Positions 37,373-45,882 of a DNA stretch of 49,895 bases are shown piece by piece. Location: IMG/VR virus record IMGVR_UViG_3300045988_177506. One strand, 5' to 3'. The position numbers and the translations under genes were made by a program. How positions within the stretch are numbered: the first letter of the stretch is position 1; each line of letters begins with the position of its first letter. The stretch comes from a virus. The notes under the pieces were generated by a model. That model saw only the letters and a program-made list of their open reading frames with translations, ran no database searches and was not told the DNA's origin.

Positions 37373-37788
37373 AAATCACCTCTTGGTCTATCCATATAAT
37401 AATCCATTTCGCAGTCATAATAGACATTAAACATTTTATCTATTGTATATCCAATGTTTTTTGCTTGTTCTTCTGTGCATTTTGGGTCTTGTAAAAGCGC
37501 GCGGAACTGCACTAAAACCGCTAATTGTCCCATGCTGTCACAATATTGCTTAAAAAATCGTTTAGTATATCCGTCGGTTTTGTCGGCTGGGTTAAAACAT
37601 GTGACGTCTATTTCAAGTCCGCAGATAGTTTTGTTTATCCATTTTAATAAAGCAGTATATCTTTTTGCACGTAATACTAAATCTGCTTTAGCTTTGCGCC
37701 ATTCTGCCTTAAACATCTCTGAATTTAGCGTTTCAAATTCGCGTGTTAAATTTTGTGTTATGTTATTCATATTAGAAAATATCATCAA
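37336..37788 (-). CDS. Hypothetical protein
   Basis: ORF. Confidence 0.5.
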   Translation of the reverse strand: MMIFSNMNNITQNLTREFETLNSEMFKAEWRKAKADLVLRAKRYTALLKWINKTICGLEIDVTCFNPADKTDGYTKRFFKQYCDSMGQLAVLVQFRALLQDPKCTEEQAKNIGYTIDKMFNVYYDCEMDYYMDRPRGDLWQDINVITRDQ

Positions 37789-38788
37789 TTATAGCCGCTT
37801 CTTCGGCAATCTCTTCAAGTGTTTTATTTTTAGGATAAGCAACAAATTGGTCTTCACGCGTCTCCTCGCTTTTGTTCCGACGCTGTTCAAAAAACGTGTT
37901 GGATAAGGTGTTGAATTTCATACCAATGATACCGTTCCGTCGCCCTTTTGTTTTTAAGATCTCAATGCAAGCATTGCACTCGTCGGGGTTGTATCCATTT
38001 AATTCTATGACGTTCCGTAACGCTTTATATTCTTTTGTGTTAGGGTTTATCGTATCCATACGGATAATAGATAATATGTTTTTTGCGATATTTGTCAACG
38101 TACTTGTTCCTTTACAATCGAATATTTCCGGGCGACAAATGTTCCGTTCCGTCTTTTTTATATGCGACACTATTACAATATGCACTTTTCTGCTGATTGC
38201 AAATTGTCTTAAAGCAATGCATATATCTTTTAGGGCTTCATTCTCATTAAAATAATTGCCGCCTTCAAGATTGAACATATCAACATTATCCAATAAGAAA
38301 AACCGACAGTTTGCCTCTTTATAGGCGGCTTCTAACGCCCCCAGCAAGGCATTTTTGTCCGCTTCGATATTGTTGTTATAAATAAATAGGTGGTCACCAA
38401 AAAACTCTGTCGCTTTTATATATGCTTCGTGCTTTATTACAAAATCGCCAGCATTCGTTTTTTTGTTGTTAAGCATATATGGCATATAATCATAATTATT
38501 TTTGTCGTTCCCTAAATATTGTCTGTATAAACGGTCGCGCGCTTCGGCACCACCATCCTCGCCGGCGAAAAGGAACGTATTGTATCCTTGAGAAACCGCA
38601 TCGATTATCATCGAAGAAGAAAAACATGTTTTACCGCTATTCGTCGGGGCTATTAACAATGTAATCCGATCCAACTGCAACCCATTAAGGCAATAATTAA
38701 GCTCATTATACCGAAGAATTATTCTGTCGTTTACCGTATTGCTTTCCGGCACCACATTTACGTTATAGTATTTTGCCTTATCTGTCAT
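37772..38788 (-). CDS. DnaB-C-terminal/RecA-like P-loop ATPase (replicative helicase-like, AAA_25-type)
   Basis: Walker A LLIAPTNSGKT and Walker B-like FFLLDNVD; RecA-fold layout. Confidence 0.55.
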   Translation of the reverse strand: MTDKAKYYNVNVVPESNTVNDRIILRYNELNYCLNGLQLDRITLLIAPTNSGKTCFSSSMIIDAVSQGYNTFLFAGEDGGAEARDRLYRQYLGNDKNNYDYMPYMLNNKKTNAGDFVIKHEAYIKATEFFGDHLFIYNNNIEADKNALLGALEAAYKEANCRFFLLDNVDMFNLEGGNYFNENEALKDICIALRQFAISRKVHIVIVSHIKKTERNICRPEIFDCKGTSTLTNIAKNILSIIRMDTINPNTKEYKALRNVIELNGYNPDECNACIEILKTKGRRNGIIGMKFNTLSNTFFEQRRNKSEETREDQFVAYPKNKTLEEIAEEAAIIDDIF

Positions 38789-38794
38789 TGTTGG

Positions 38795-39169
38795 TTATAC
38801 CTTGTCATTAAAATAAACATGAATTTCGTTGTCGTTAATAATCTCTGCTCGATAGCGCCCTTTGCCAGGCAAATCATTCACCCCACAATATCTTAAAAAT
38901 GACGATAGCACAACAAGATTATGGTTACAACCATTAGTAGTCACAACTTTTACTGCCCCTATCTGTTCGGTTGAAGGAATTATAACAAGCTCGTTTTTCT
39001 CCAAATCATATCCTAAACACGCCCAAGTTGCAAATGGCACCTTTTTGCGAATAGCAGTGGGAATATATGCGGCACAACTCTCGCCATAATATTGTATTGA
39101 CACATATTTACGCCAACCCGAACTTCTGTTTGTTTGCGGACAAAAATCTTTTTCCGTACTCCATTTCAT
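38795..39169 (-). CDS. Hypothetical protein
   Basis: ORF. Confidence 0.5.
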   Translation of the reverse strand: MKWSTEKDFCPQTNRSSGWRKYVSIQYYGESCAAYIPTAIRKKVPFATWACLGYDLEKNELVIIPSTEQIGAVKVVTTNGCNHNLVVLSSFLRYCGVNDLPGKGRYRAEIINDNEIHVYFNDKV

Positions 39170-39184
39170 ATATCTTTCTCCTTT

Positions 39185-39556
39185 TTATCTGTCTTCAAAT
39201 TCCGCATTCAAAAATGTCGCGAAATGCGGTATAAATTGTTGTTCTGTTTCGTGTTCTTCCCAATACTGCTTGCGAATAAGCACACGCCGGTATATCTCAC
39301 GGCTAACCGCTTTTACTTCTTCGTCATTAAGATTACGAATTTTCCGCATATACATTTTCTTCGCGTTTTGCTTTGCAACCTTACGCGGATATGTTTGCCA
39401 CAGTTTTTCAAAGCAAGCTCCAGCGCATTCGGCATAATTCGGGGCTTTTTTGCCTTTTACAACGGTTTTAAGATATTCGACGATTTCTTTTTCCTTTGTT
39501 TGCTTCCGTGTAAATTTGAGTGAATTTAGCCACTCTAAAACGGTTTGCCTGTCCAT
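39185..39556 (-). CDS. Hypothetical basic protein (possible replication organiser/loader-like)
   Basis: ORF adjacent to the helicase-like gene; K/R-rich. Confidence 0.4.
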   Translation of the reverse strand: MDRQTVLEWLNSLKFTRKQTKEKEIVEYLKTVVKGKKAPNYAECAGACFEKLWQTYPRKVAKQNAKKMYMRKIRNLNDEEVKAVSREIYRRVLIRKQYWEEHETEQQFIPHFATFLNAEFEDR

Positions 39557-40023
39557 ATGTCATACTCCCAAATCTGCAATTCGGGTCGTCCGTCCAACTC
39601 AAAAAAATACTTCCATATGTTTAGGACTTTATCCCAGTCCCCGTGGGCAAGTCCACAACCATATTTCGCCGGAATTCCTACTTGTATGCGATAGCCTGTC
39701 TTTTTCCACAACTTCCAGGCATAATCACGGACTTGATAAGCGCAAGCACACAACGCTTCATATTGCGTTTCTTGATTATACTGGGAAAAACAATTTGCGA
39801 TAATCGGCGTGTCTTCGTCGATAAAAGAAAAAACCACCTTGCCCAACAGTTCTTTTTTATTGCGGTAAGTAGCACAGCCGTTTACATAATCGTCTTCGGC
39901 TTTCGGATATTTTCCAGCAATTTGTTTTGCAAGACCACCGCCCATAACACCATATTCATTAACTTGATGACAAATTATGTGGCAATCGCTTTTTAACAAA
40001 TCTCCCTCATGGAAAGTTATCAT
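39535..40023 (-). CDS. Macro domain protein (ADP-ribose binding/hydrolase-like)
   Basis: N-terminal ITFHEGDLLKSDCHIICHQVNEYGVMGGGLAKQIAGKYP matches the macro-domain pattern (D-x-hhhh-N-x-x-N-x-G-x-GGGhA). Confidence 0.6.
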   Translation of the reverse strand: MITFHEGDLLKSDCHIICHQVNEYGVMGGGLAKQIAGKYPKAEDDYVNGCATYRNKKELLGKVVFSFIDEDTPIIANCFSQYNQETQYEALCACAYQVRDYAWKLWKKTGYRIQVGIPAKYGCGLAHGDWDKVLNIWKYFFELDGRPELQIWEYDIWTGKPF

Positions 40024-40277
40024 TTTTTCTTACCTCGCTTTCCTTTGTGCTTATCACACAAACATTGTTTCACGACTTGTTTTTGAGTTATTCGAGCGGG
40101 GATCGGATGCCCACACTCTACGCATTCAATAAAGCATATTGTTGACAATCCATCATCTGTAATTCTTGTCGCAGATATGTTTTTTGCAATCTCTCTATCT
40201 ACGTATGTAAATACACAACCGCACTTTCTGCAATAATATTGATGTCGTTCAAGTTTTCCTCGTTTTATTATCTCCAT
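40020..40277 (-). CDS. Zinc-finger protein (CRKCG...CVECG)
   Basis: ORF with two CxxC pairs. Confidence 0.5.
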   Translation of the reverse strand: MEIIKRGKLERHQYYCRKCGCVFTYVDREIAKNISATRITDDGLSTICFIECVECGHPIPARITQKQVVKQCLCDKHKGKRGKKK

Positions 40278-40281
40278 AGTT

Positions 40282-40449
40282 TTACTTCTCCAAAAACTTT
40301 GGGGGCATTGAGCCTGCTCGATAAATCACAACTTTGATTTTGAGATTGTGTTCGTCGATAAACATTTCAAGGTCATCAACATCAACACTTCCGTCTTCTA
40401 CTAACAAGATTTTATATTCTTGCTTTTTTGCTTGTTTCTGCTTTTTCAT
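40282..40449 (-). CDS. Small hypothetical protein (55 aa)
   Basis: ATGA overlap with the upstream gene; fills the gap. Below the ORF-track cutoff. Confidence 0.4.
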   Translation of the reverse strand: MKKQKQAKKQEYKILLVEDGSVDVDDLEMFIDEHNLKIKVVIYRAGSMPPKFLEK

Positions 40450-40802
40450 TTTTTATACTCCTCATTTTTCCCGCGGATAAAATCTGTCTGTTCTTCCACA
40501 ATCTCGTTCGCAAATTCATTTATAAACTTTACTTCCCCAAACCCGCCAAACGCGTCGGGGACAGATATTTTGTTAACGAAAACACGTTCCACCCCCGTCT
40601 TTTTATCGAGGCTTTTTTGAGTTTCTGCCCTCAAGCGTTTGTTCCCGATATGTGACCTCAAAAAGCGAACGGCGTCTTTGTTCTCTTTTGGGGTTTTGCA
40701 GTTAATCATTATTGTGTAATTCCCGCGATTTCTTTTATACGGATGGGTCGCGGTTAAATTCCAAATCAATTCTTGTCCTGGATAATCAATTATCATTTTC
40801 AT
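40446..40802 (-). CDS. Hypothetical protein
   Basis: ORF. Confidence 0.5.
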   Translation of the reverse strand: MKMIIDYPGQELIWNLTATHPYKRNRGNYTIMINCKTPKENKDAVRFLRSHIGNKRLRAETQKSLDKKTGVERVFVNKISVPDAFGGFGEVKFINEFANEIVEEQTDFIRGKNEEYKK

Positions 40803-40808
40803 ACTCCT

Positions 40809-41072
40809 TTAATCTTCTTCGTATTCTTCCCACAATGTAATTCCTCTTTCACGACAAATCTCCTCAAGCATATCACTTTTTCTCGACAACCACCTTTCAT
40901 ATTTTTCTCTTTCGAGTATGTCTGCAATATCATAACCGCGCTCATACATTTCTTCGGCTTGACTGCCCAGCGTATTAAACATCGCATCATAATATTCCTC
41001 TTTGAGTTGTTCGTCGGTTAAGGTATCTGTCCACTTCTTTAGTTTTGCAAATTCTCTCTTATTCATCTCCAA
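40809..41072 (-). CDS. Hypothetical protein
   Basis: ORF. Confidence 0.5.
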   Translation of the reverse strand: MEMNKREFAKLKKWTDTLTDEQLKEEYYDAMFNTLGSQAEEMYERGYDIADILEREKYERWLSRKSDMLEEICRERGITLWEEYEED

Positions 41073-41108
41073 CTTCCTCTTGAAAACTTAGTCATTTCTC
41101 ATACTCCT

Positions 41109-41324
41109 TTAATATTCTTCGTATGCGGAATTAAAACTTTCGGTTGAAAAATCGCTTTCGGTGCTTTGCTCGTACAAATCAATCTTATACTGACTATATA
41201 GTTTTTCAACCGCTTCGCGCAAAGTTAAATTGTTTTTCTTTGCATAACTTTTTACTTTCTTACTATCCTTTTCGCTTAGGTAACAAGTATAAGTTACCGT
41301 TGCTTCAACTTCGACTATAATCAT
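41109..41324 (-). CDS. Hypothetical protein
   Basis: ORF. Confidence 0.45.
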   Translation of the reverse strand: MIIVEVEATVTYTCYLSEKDSKKVKSYAKKNNLTLREAVEKLYSQYKIDLYEQSTESDFSTESFNSAYEEY

Positions 41325-41337
41325 TTTTCGTACTCCT

Positions 41338-41874
41338 TTAATAGTCCGTCAATAATAATTTGTCAATATCGCTAACTTCCACAAATTCTATAAGTCCCCA
41401 CGCGGGCGAATTTGTCTTAATGGCGTACTTTTTCAAATGTTCCGCAAACGCTTTGACGGCGTTTTCCTTTTCGATTTCAAGCACATTTTTCATATTGCTT
41501 GCAAAGCGTTCGTTCACGGCTTTTAAGCGTTTATTTTCGGCTCTAATTTGGTCATAAGCTTTGCAAAACGCCACTCTGTTATCCACACGTTTCAACGCCT
41601 CGTTTTCTTTTTGTAATCGTTCGACTTCAAACTGTGCCGAACAGCATGCCATTTGCATGATAAGCAACTCATTCTCGCGTTCTTTTCTTTCCTCGTTGTT
41701 CGCTTTAATTTCTTCTTCACGTTCTTCGGGCGAAAGAATTACTGCATATTTGGGGACTTTTCGATAGCCTGCTTCGAAGAGGGCTTTCGCAGTCTTTTCC
41801 GAACCGTTTTTGTCACGCCTGCCGTGAATAAATGTTGCCATTTCTTCTATCTGCTGTTCTTTGTCCATAATCAT
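41338..41874 (-). CDS. Coiled-coil hypothetical protein
   Basis: ORF. Confidence 0.5.
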   Translation of the reverse strand: MIMDKEQQIEEMATFIHGRRDKNGSEKTAKALFEAGYRKVPKYAVILSPEEREEEIKANNEERKERENELLIMQMACCSAQFEVERLQKENEALKRVDNRVAFCKAYDQIRAENKRLKAVNERFASNMKNVLEIEKENAVKAFAEHLKKYAIKTNSPAWGLIEFVEVSDIDKLLLTDY

Positions 41875-42419
41875 ATCTCCTCAACATACATCCATATATA
41901 TTCTTTTGTGTATGTCTGCCGCCCTTTTAGGCAAGCGACAATATTTGACACTGGAATACACATCCGCTTTGCCGCTTCGCTAATGCTTTCAAAAGTCGCA
42001 ACTTCCTGACCGTTAAATCTATTAAACATTTTCACTTTTCGTTTGCGGCGGTTGTTTGCTTTTTCGTATTGTGTCATGGCTTTTATTACTTTGCTTGCGT
42101 GTTCTACGTTTTCAAGGGGCGTACACCATTCAAGATTTTCAACTAAATTATTATGCGTGTCCCCATCTATATGATTTATATAAGGCTTGTTTTGGGGGTT
42201 TGGGATAAAGGCTTCTGCCACCAATCTATGAATGTATTTTCTCTTGCGTTTATTTCCGTTGTATAAGTCTACATACAAATATCCTTTCCCTGAATAATTT
42301 GAGGTCGGTTTTTTGCTGTATTGAGTTTGTTTGTTGTACACTTCGCCGTTATTTCCGATAAGGTAATTACTAAACTCGTTTATAGTTTTATATGCTATCA
42401 TTTTACACCTCTTCAACAA
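41871..42419 (-). CDS. HNH homing endonuclease
   Basis: INHIDGDTHNNLVENLEWCTPLEN HNH motif, plus a C-terminal IENR/NUMOD-like region. Confidence 0.75.
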   Translation of the reverse strand: MLKRCKMIAYKTINEFSNYLIGNNGEVYNKQTQYSKKPTSNYSGKGYLYVDLYNGNKRKRKYIHRLVAEAFIPNPQNKPYINHIDGDTHNNLVENLEWCTPLENVEHASKVIKAMTQYEKANNRRKRKVKMFNRFNGQEVATFESISEAAKRMCIPVSNIVACLKGRQTYTKEYIWMYVEEI

Positions 42420-42975
42420 ACATATACGACTGCGGGGGACGGGTTAAAGGTTTACACATAACACCGCAACAACTATCCCAATCACCGAGAAAAAGACAAT
42501 CTCTACAATGTATTTCGCTTGCATAATCGCATTTTCGTCCAAATTCGCTCAACTCTTTCGGTTTGTCGTAAATCTTTAAGTCGGAGATGTGCCAGCCGTA
42601 AATATTATTTTTATCTGACCTGCTCCCCACATAGTCTTGAAATTCTTTGAACGATAACGCTGTTTTTTGTAAAACGGTCGGTAAAATATCCGTCATATAA
42701 TTTTCGGGGTTGCCGTTTGTATTGAAAAGCACTTCTACCTTATCGCAGATAAACTCGCCGATAACGTGTTGTTGCGCATATACGATTTCACCTACACTAT
42801 TTTGATAAGCCCCCTCATAATCGCTCAACATCCACTTGTTTTTCGTTTTCGTGCAATAAATATAAGCCTTAAACGGTACTTCTTTCGGCGCGGACTTGCG
42901 CACAAGCATTTTACATTGCCCGTTTGTGATTTTCCCGCACAAATATGGTGAAACAGATGTCATTATGCTTTTCAT
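42403..42975 (-). CDS. ASCH/PUA-like domain protein with a Cys-rich C-terminus
   Basis: N-terminal SPYLCGKITNGQCKMLVRKS...KAYIYCTK resembles the ASCH fold signature. Assignment is weak. Confidence 0.35.
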   Translation of the reverse strand: MKSIMTSVSPYLCGKITNGQCKMLVRKSAPKEVPFKAYIYCTKTKNKWMLSDYEGAYQNSVGEIVYAQQHVIGEFICDKVEVLFNTNGNPENYMTDILPTVLQKTALSFKEFQDYVGSRSDKNNIYGWHISDLKIYDKPKELSEFGRKCDYASEIHCRDCLFLGDWDSCCGVMCKPLTRPPQSYMFVEEV

Positions 42976-43217
42976 TCTTTCACCTCTCTATCCCCAAACA
43001 CGACATACCCGTCTTTCTGCCCGAAGTTTGTTATATAAGTAATGTAATACAATTTCTTCGATATTTTTTCGTCTACGATTGGGCTGTCAATACAAGTGTA
43101 TTTTACCACATCACCAACTCGGAAATCGCGGTCATTTAATCGTATCTCGAAAGGTTTATCCCCGTGAAGTTTTGCATTCGCATATTCTGCTTTAATTTTA
43201 AGATAGTGCAGTTTCAT
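42972..43217 (-). CDS. DUF3850-like (ASCH superfamily) protein
   Basis: MKLHYLKIKAEYANAKLHGDKPFEIRLNDRDFRVGDVV matches the DUF3850 signature (H-x-L-K-I-x-P-x-Y-F...K-x-F-E-I-R-x-N-D-R-x-F-x-V-G-D). Confidence 0.55.
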   Translation of the reverse strand: MKLHYLKIKAEYANAKLHGDKPFEIRLNDRDFRVGDVVKYTCIDSPIVDEKISKKLYYITYITNFGQKDGYVVFGDREVKE

Positions 43218-43369
43218 TCTTCCACCTCACTTTTAAGCCAACGAAGCCACGCCTTATAACATAGTCCGTCACACTTCCTAAGAGTCCAATTTGCGCAATC
43301 CACCAAATTGGACAACCAACCCGTAAAATCTTCTATACCCATATCCTTTATCTTTTCAAAATTTGTCAT
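43214..43369 (-). CDS. Small hypothetical protein (51 aa, MTNFEKIKDMGIEDF...)
   Basis: ATGA overlaps at both ends. Below the ORF-track cutoff. Confidence 0.4.
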   Translation of the reverse strand: MTNFEKIKDMGIEDFTGWLSNLVDCANWTLRKCDGLCYKAWLRWLKSEVEE

Positions 43370-43689
43370 TCTTCCACTCCTAACTCCAAGATTTCGTTTA
43401 TCTTTTTTGCCTGCTCATAAGTAATGGACTTTTTTGCCATTAGTTTATGAAAAACTCGTATAGCAAAACACTGAGTTTTATACTCCCAAATCTTAGTGGC
43501 GGTTGCCTCTTCAAGCCTACGAATATTATAAACATGAGCAAAATTGAACCCATTTGTGTATTGAGTGTTGTTGACTACAACTCGTCCTTTCGGGGTAATT
43601 CTTTGTACAACCTCTAAGGACTTGCCCTCATTACTGCAAACAAACACCCTGCTCCCCTCTTTTAATTCTTTAAGCCAACTGTTGTTCAT
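43366..43689 (-). CDS. Hypothetical protein
   Basis: ORF. Confidence 0.5.
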   Translation of the reverse strand: MNNSWLKELKEGSRVFVCSNEGKSLEVVQRITPKGRVVVNNTQYTNGFNFAHVYNIRRLEEATATKIWEYKTQCFAIRVFHKLMAKKSITYEQAKKINEILELGVEE

Positions 43690-43880
43690 TCTTCCACCAC
43701 CTGCTTACGATAAAGTTTTTTTAAGTTTTCTATTACTCGTTCTTTAATCATTATGTATTCTTGGTCGGTACAAGTCATTTCTACAAATTCCGCGCAAGTT
43801 TCACACTCAATCTGTTTTTTATGAAAAAGTTTACTGACTTCTTCCGCAGTCATTTTATCAAGTTCTTCTTTCGTTATCAT
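43686..43880 (-). CDS. Hypothetical protein
   Basis: ORF. Confidence 0.45.
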   Translation of the reverse strand: MITKEELDKMTAEEVSKLFHKKQIECETCAEFVEMTCTDQEYIMIKERVIENLKKLYRKQVVEE

Positions 43881-43892
43881 TTTTCATACTCC

Positions 43893-44306
43893 TTATGCAA
43901 CGTCCACGGTCGGCAAAGGCACATACCACTTAATTTCCCAGCGGTACGGGTCTGTCGAAGTGTTCTCGGTTTGCTCAATCACGTAACAAACATTGTTTGC
44001 AATGCTGAAATAGTGCATTTGGTACGAGTTGGCACCCGTTTTTATCAAAATCCCGATTTCTTGCTGTCCTTGATAATCGTTTGAATAGGTTGTTTGCACC
44101 GAAAAATAGCCCTCTACCGAATATAAAACCTTGTCCGAATACAGATTGACGAAAATCATCTTTCGGTAAACGTCAAAGTTATTTGCCTGCTTTTGGATAT
44201 TATCCCGAACTGTCTTTGCTTTGCTACAACTCTCGGTCGCACAAGCGGACAACCCTAACAGCATTACACACATAATACATAAAATTATTGCTTTGAATTT
44301 TTTCAT
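43893..44306 (-). CDS. Lipoprotein (signal peptide plus lipobox LSAC)
   Basis: MKKFKAIILCIMCVMLLGLSACATE. Confidence 0.6.
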   Translation of the reverse strand: MKKFKAIILCIMCVMLLGLSACATESCSKAKTVRDNIQKQANNFDVYRKMIFVNLYSDKVLYSVEGYFSVQTTYSNDYQGQQEIGILIKTGANSYQMHYFSIANNVCYVIEQTENTSTDPYRWEIKWYVPLPTVDVA

Positions 44307-44887
44307 TCTACATCTCCTCTTGCAGGTATCACAACCTGCCAATTGTTTGTTTCGCCACATTTTGCCTTGATAATGAACGGTGATAGTTTATCCCCGAATT
44401 TCACTTCCGCATATTTGTTTGTTTTTTGTGCCGCTTTCAACGCTTTTATAAGCAAAGCGGGCTGAACGTAGATAGTGTATGTGTCGTTTTTATTGGCGTT
44501 TTCGATTACCTTTTCAATATTTACAAATTTGTCCTTTGGCTGAGTGAAACAATATCTCAACTTCCTGTATTCGACAGGCACTTCAACATATGTATCGCCG
44601 TTTATGACTTCCACGATAATATCCTGCGGACGACCTTTGCTCGGCTTAACCGTAATCGGCTTTATAAAGCACTCGAATTCTTCGTCTGTCGGGTTTAAGT
44701 TCGGGACGGTGACTTTTGCCGCCGAATATTCGTCGCACGAATACGCTGTTATTTCGTCCTTTTTTACCACGAGTTTTATGTAAGACAGCTCAGGATGATA
44801 CATATCGTTACTCAAACTGTTCTTAACTCCGTCTATAAGCGTTGCGAACGCCGTGTCTGCAATTACTACTCTTTTCATTTTAATCAC
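44303..44887 (-). CDS. Hypothetical protein
   Basis: ORF. Confidence 0.5.
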   Translation of the reverse strand: MIKMKRVVIADTAFATLIDGVKNSLSNDMYHPELSYIKLVVKKDEITAYSCDEYSAAKVTVPNLNPTDEEFECFIKPITVKPSKGRPQDIIVEVINGDTYVEVPVEYRKLRYCFTQPKDKFVNIEKVIENANKNDTYTIYVQPALLIKALKAAQKTNKYAEVKFGDKLSPFIIKAKCGETNNWQVVIPARGDVE

Positions 44888-44932
44888 CTCAATATTTAAT
44901 AAAATCTTTGCCGTAAAGGCGGTTTAACGTGT

Positions 44933-45691
44933 CTAATAATCGAACAATGAAATTTGCCCTTTTACACCGTTTAGCCAATTTGTGCCTGCAACATATTCAG
45001 CATGGTCAAGTTCAAATCCAATATAATCGCGTTTTAGGCGATAGGCGGCAACCGCCGTCGAGCAACTCCCCGCGAACGGGTCAAGTATCAAATCGCCTTC
45101 TTTGGTGTGTTGATTGATAATTTGCGACAAAAGATTTGTCGGTTTTTGGTTTTGGTGTATTTGTTGTTTTCCCCCCACTCTTGGGAAGTGCCATATATCC
45201 GCCAACCGCGGCATATTAGGTTGAAACGGGGCGCGCCCTTTATTTGCATAAATGATAAACTCATAACGCTTGCCATATTGTGCATCCAAATCGCCCGCGG
45301 TGTGATTTCCTTTATCCCATACGATAAGATTTTTTACCGTGAAAAATTTGTCTACCTCGGACTTAAAAAAATCCACCTTATCCGAGCCACAAAACATATA
45401 AAGCGGCGTATTGTCTTTCATTACGTCATACAATAGCGGCATAATGTCGATTATGAGTTGCGGGTTGTCGTCGTTTTGTATAGCCTTGCAAAACTTATGA
45501 GATTTGTCTTTCCTATATGAGGTTCTATAATTGATAAGATAAGGCGGGTCAGTGATTACACAATCAACGAAAACTTCACTTCGTATCATATTACGAATAC
45601 CGTCAAGACAATCCATGTTGTAGATATGATTTCTTTCTATCTTCAATCCCTGCAATTCCCTCAAATCTTCTTTGGTTCGCTTTTCTGACAT
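44933..45691 (-). CDS. DNA methyltransferase, beta-class N6A/N4C (DPPY)
   Basis: VITDPPYLINY (motif IV), then LDPFAGSCSTAVAA (motif I). Confidence 0.75.
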   Translation of the reverse strand: MSEKRTKEDLRELQGLKIERNHIYNMDCLDGIRNMIRSEVFVDCVITDPPYLINYRTSYRKDKSHKFCKAIQNDDNPQLIIDIMPLLYDVMKDNTPLYMFCGSDKVDFFKSEVDKFFTVKNLIVWDKGNHTAGDLDAQYGKRYEFIIYANKGRAPFQPNMPRLADIWHFPRVGGKQQIHQNQKPTNLLSQIINQHTKEGDLILDPFAGSCSTAVAAYRLKRDYIGFELDHAEYVAGTNWLNGVKGQISLFDY

Positions 45692-45882
45692 CCTCTCATT
45701 GCCTCCCACACAGCCTCTTCGTCCGAGCAAATCACAAACACGTCACCGTCCTTTTGCTGATATTTTTGATAATACCAACGCTTGACAAACCGCATATCCG
45801 CTATTGCTCGAACAGACAAAACCGTTCTCACTTTATCACCGTTTTTTACAACGACCTTGTATATGTATCGCTTACTCATCAA
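45661..45882 (-). CDS. Hypothetical small protein
   Basis: ORF. Confidence 0.4.
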   Translation of the reverse strand: MMSKRYIYKVVVKNGDKVRTVLSVRAIADMRFVKRWYYQKYQQKDGDVFVICSDEEAVWEAMRGCQKSEPKKI

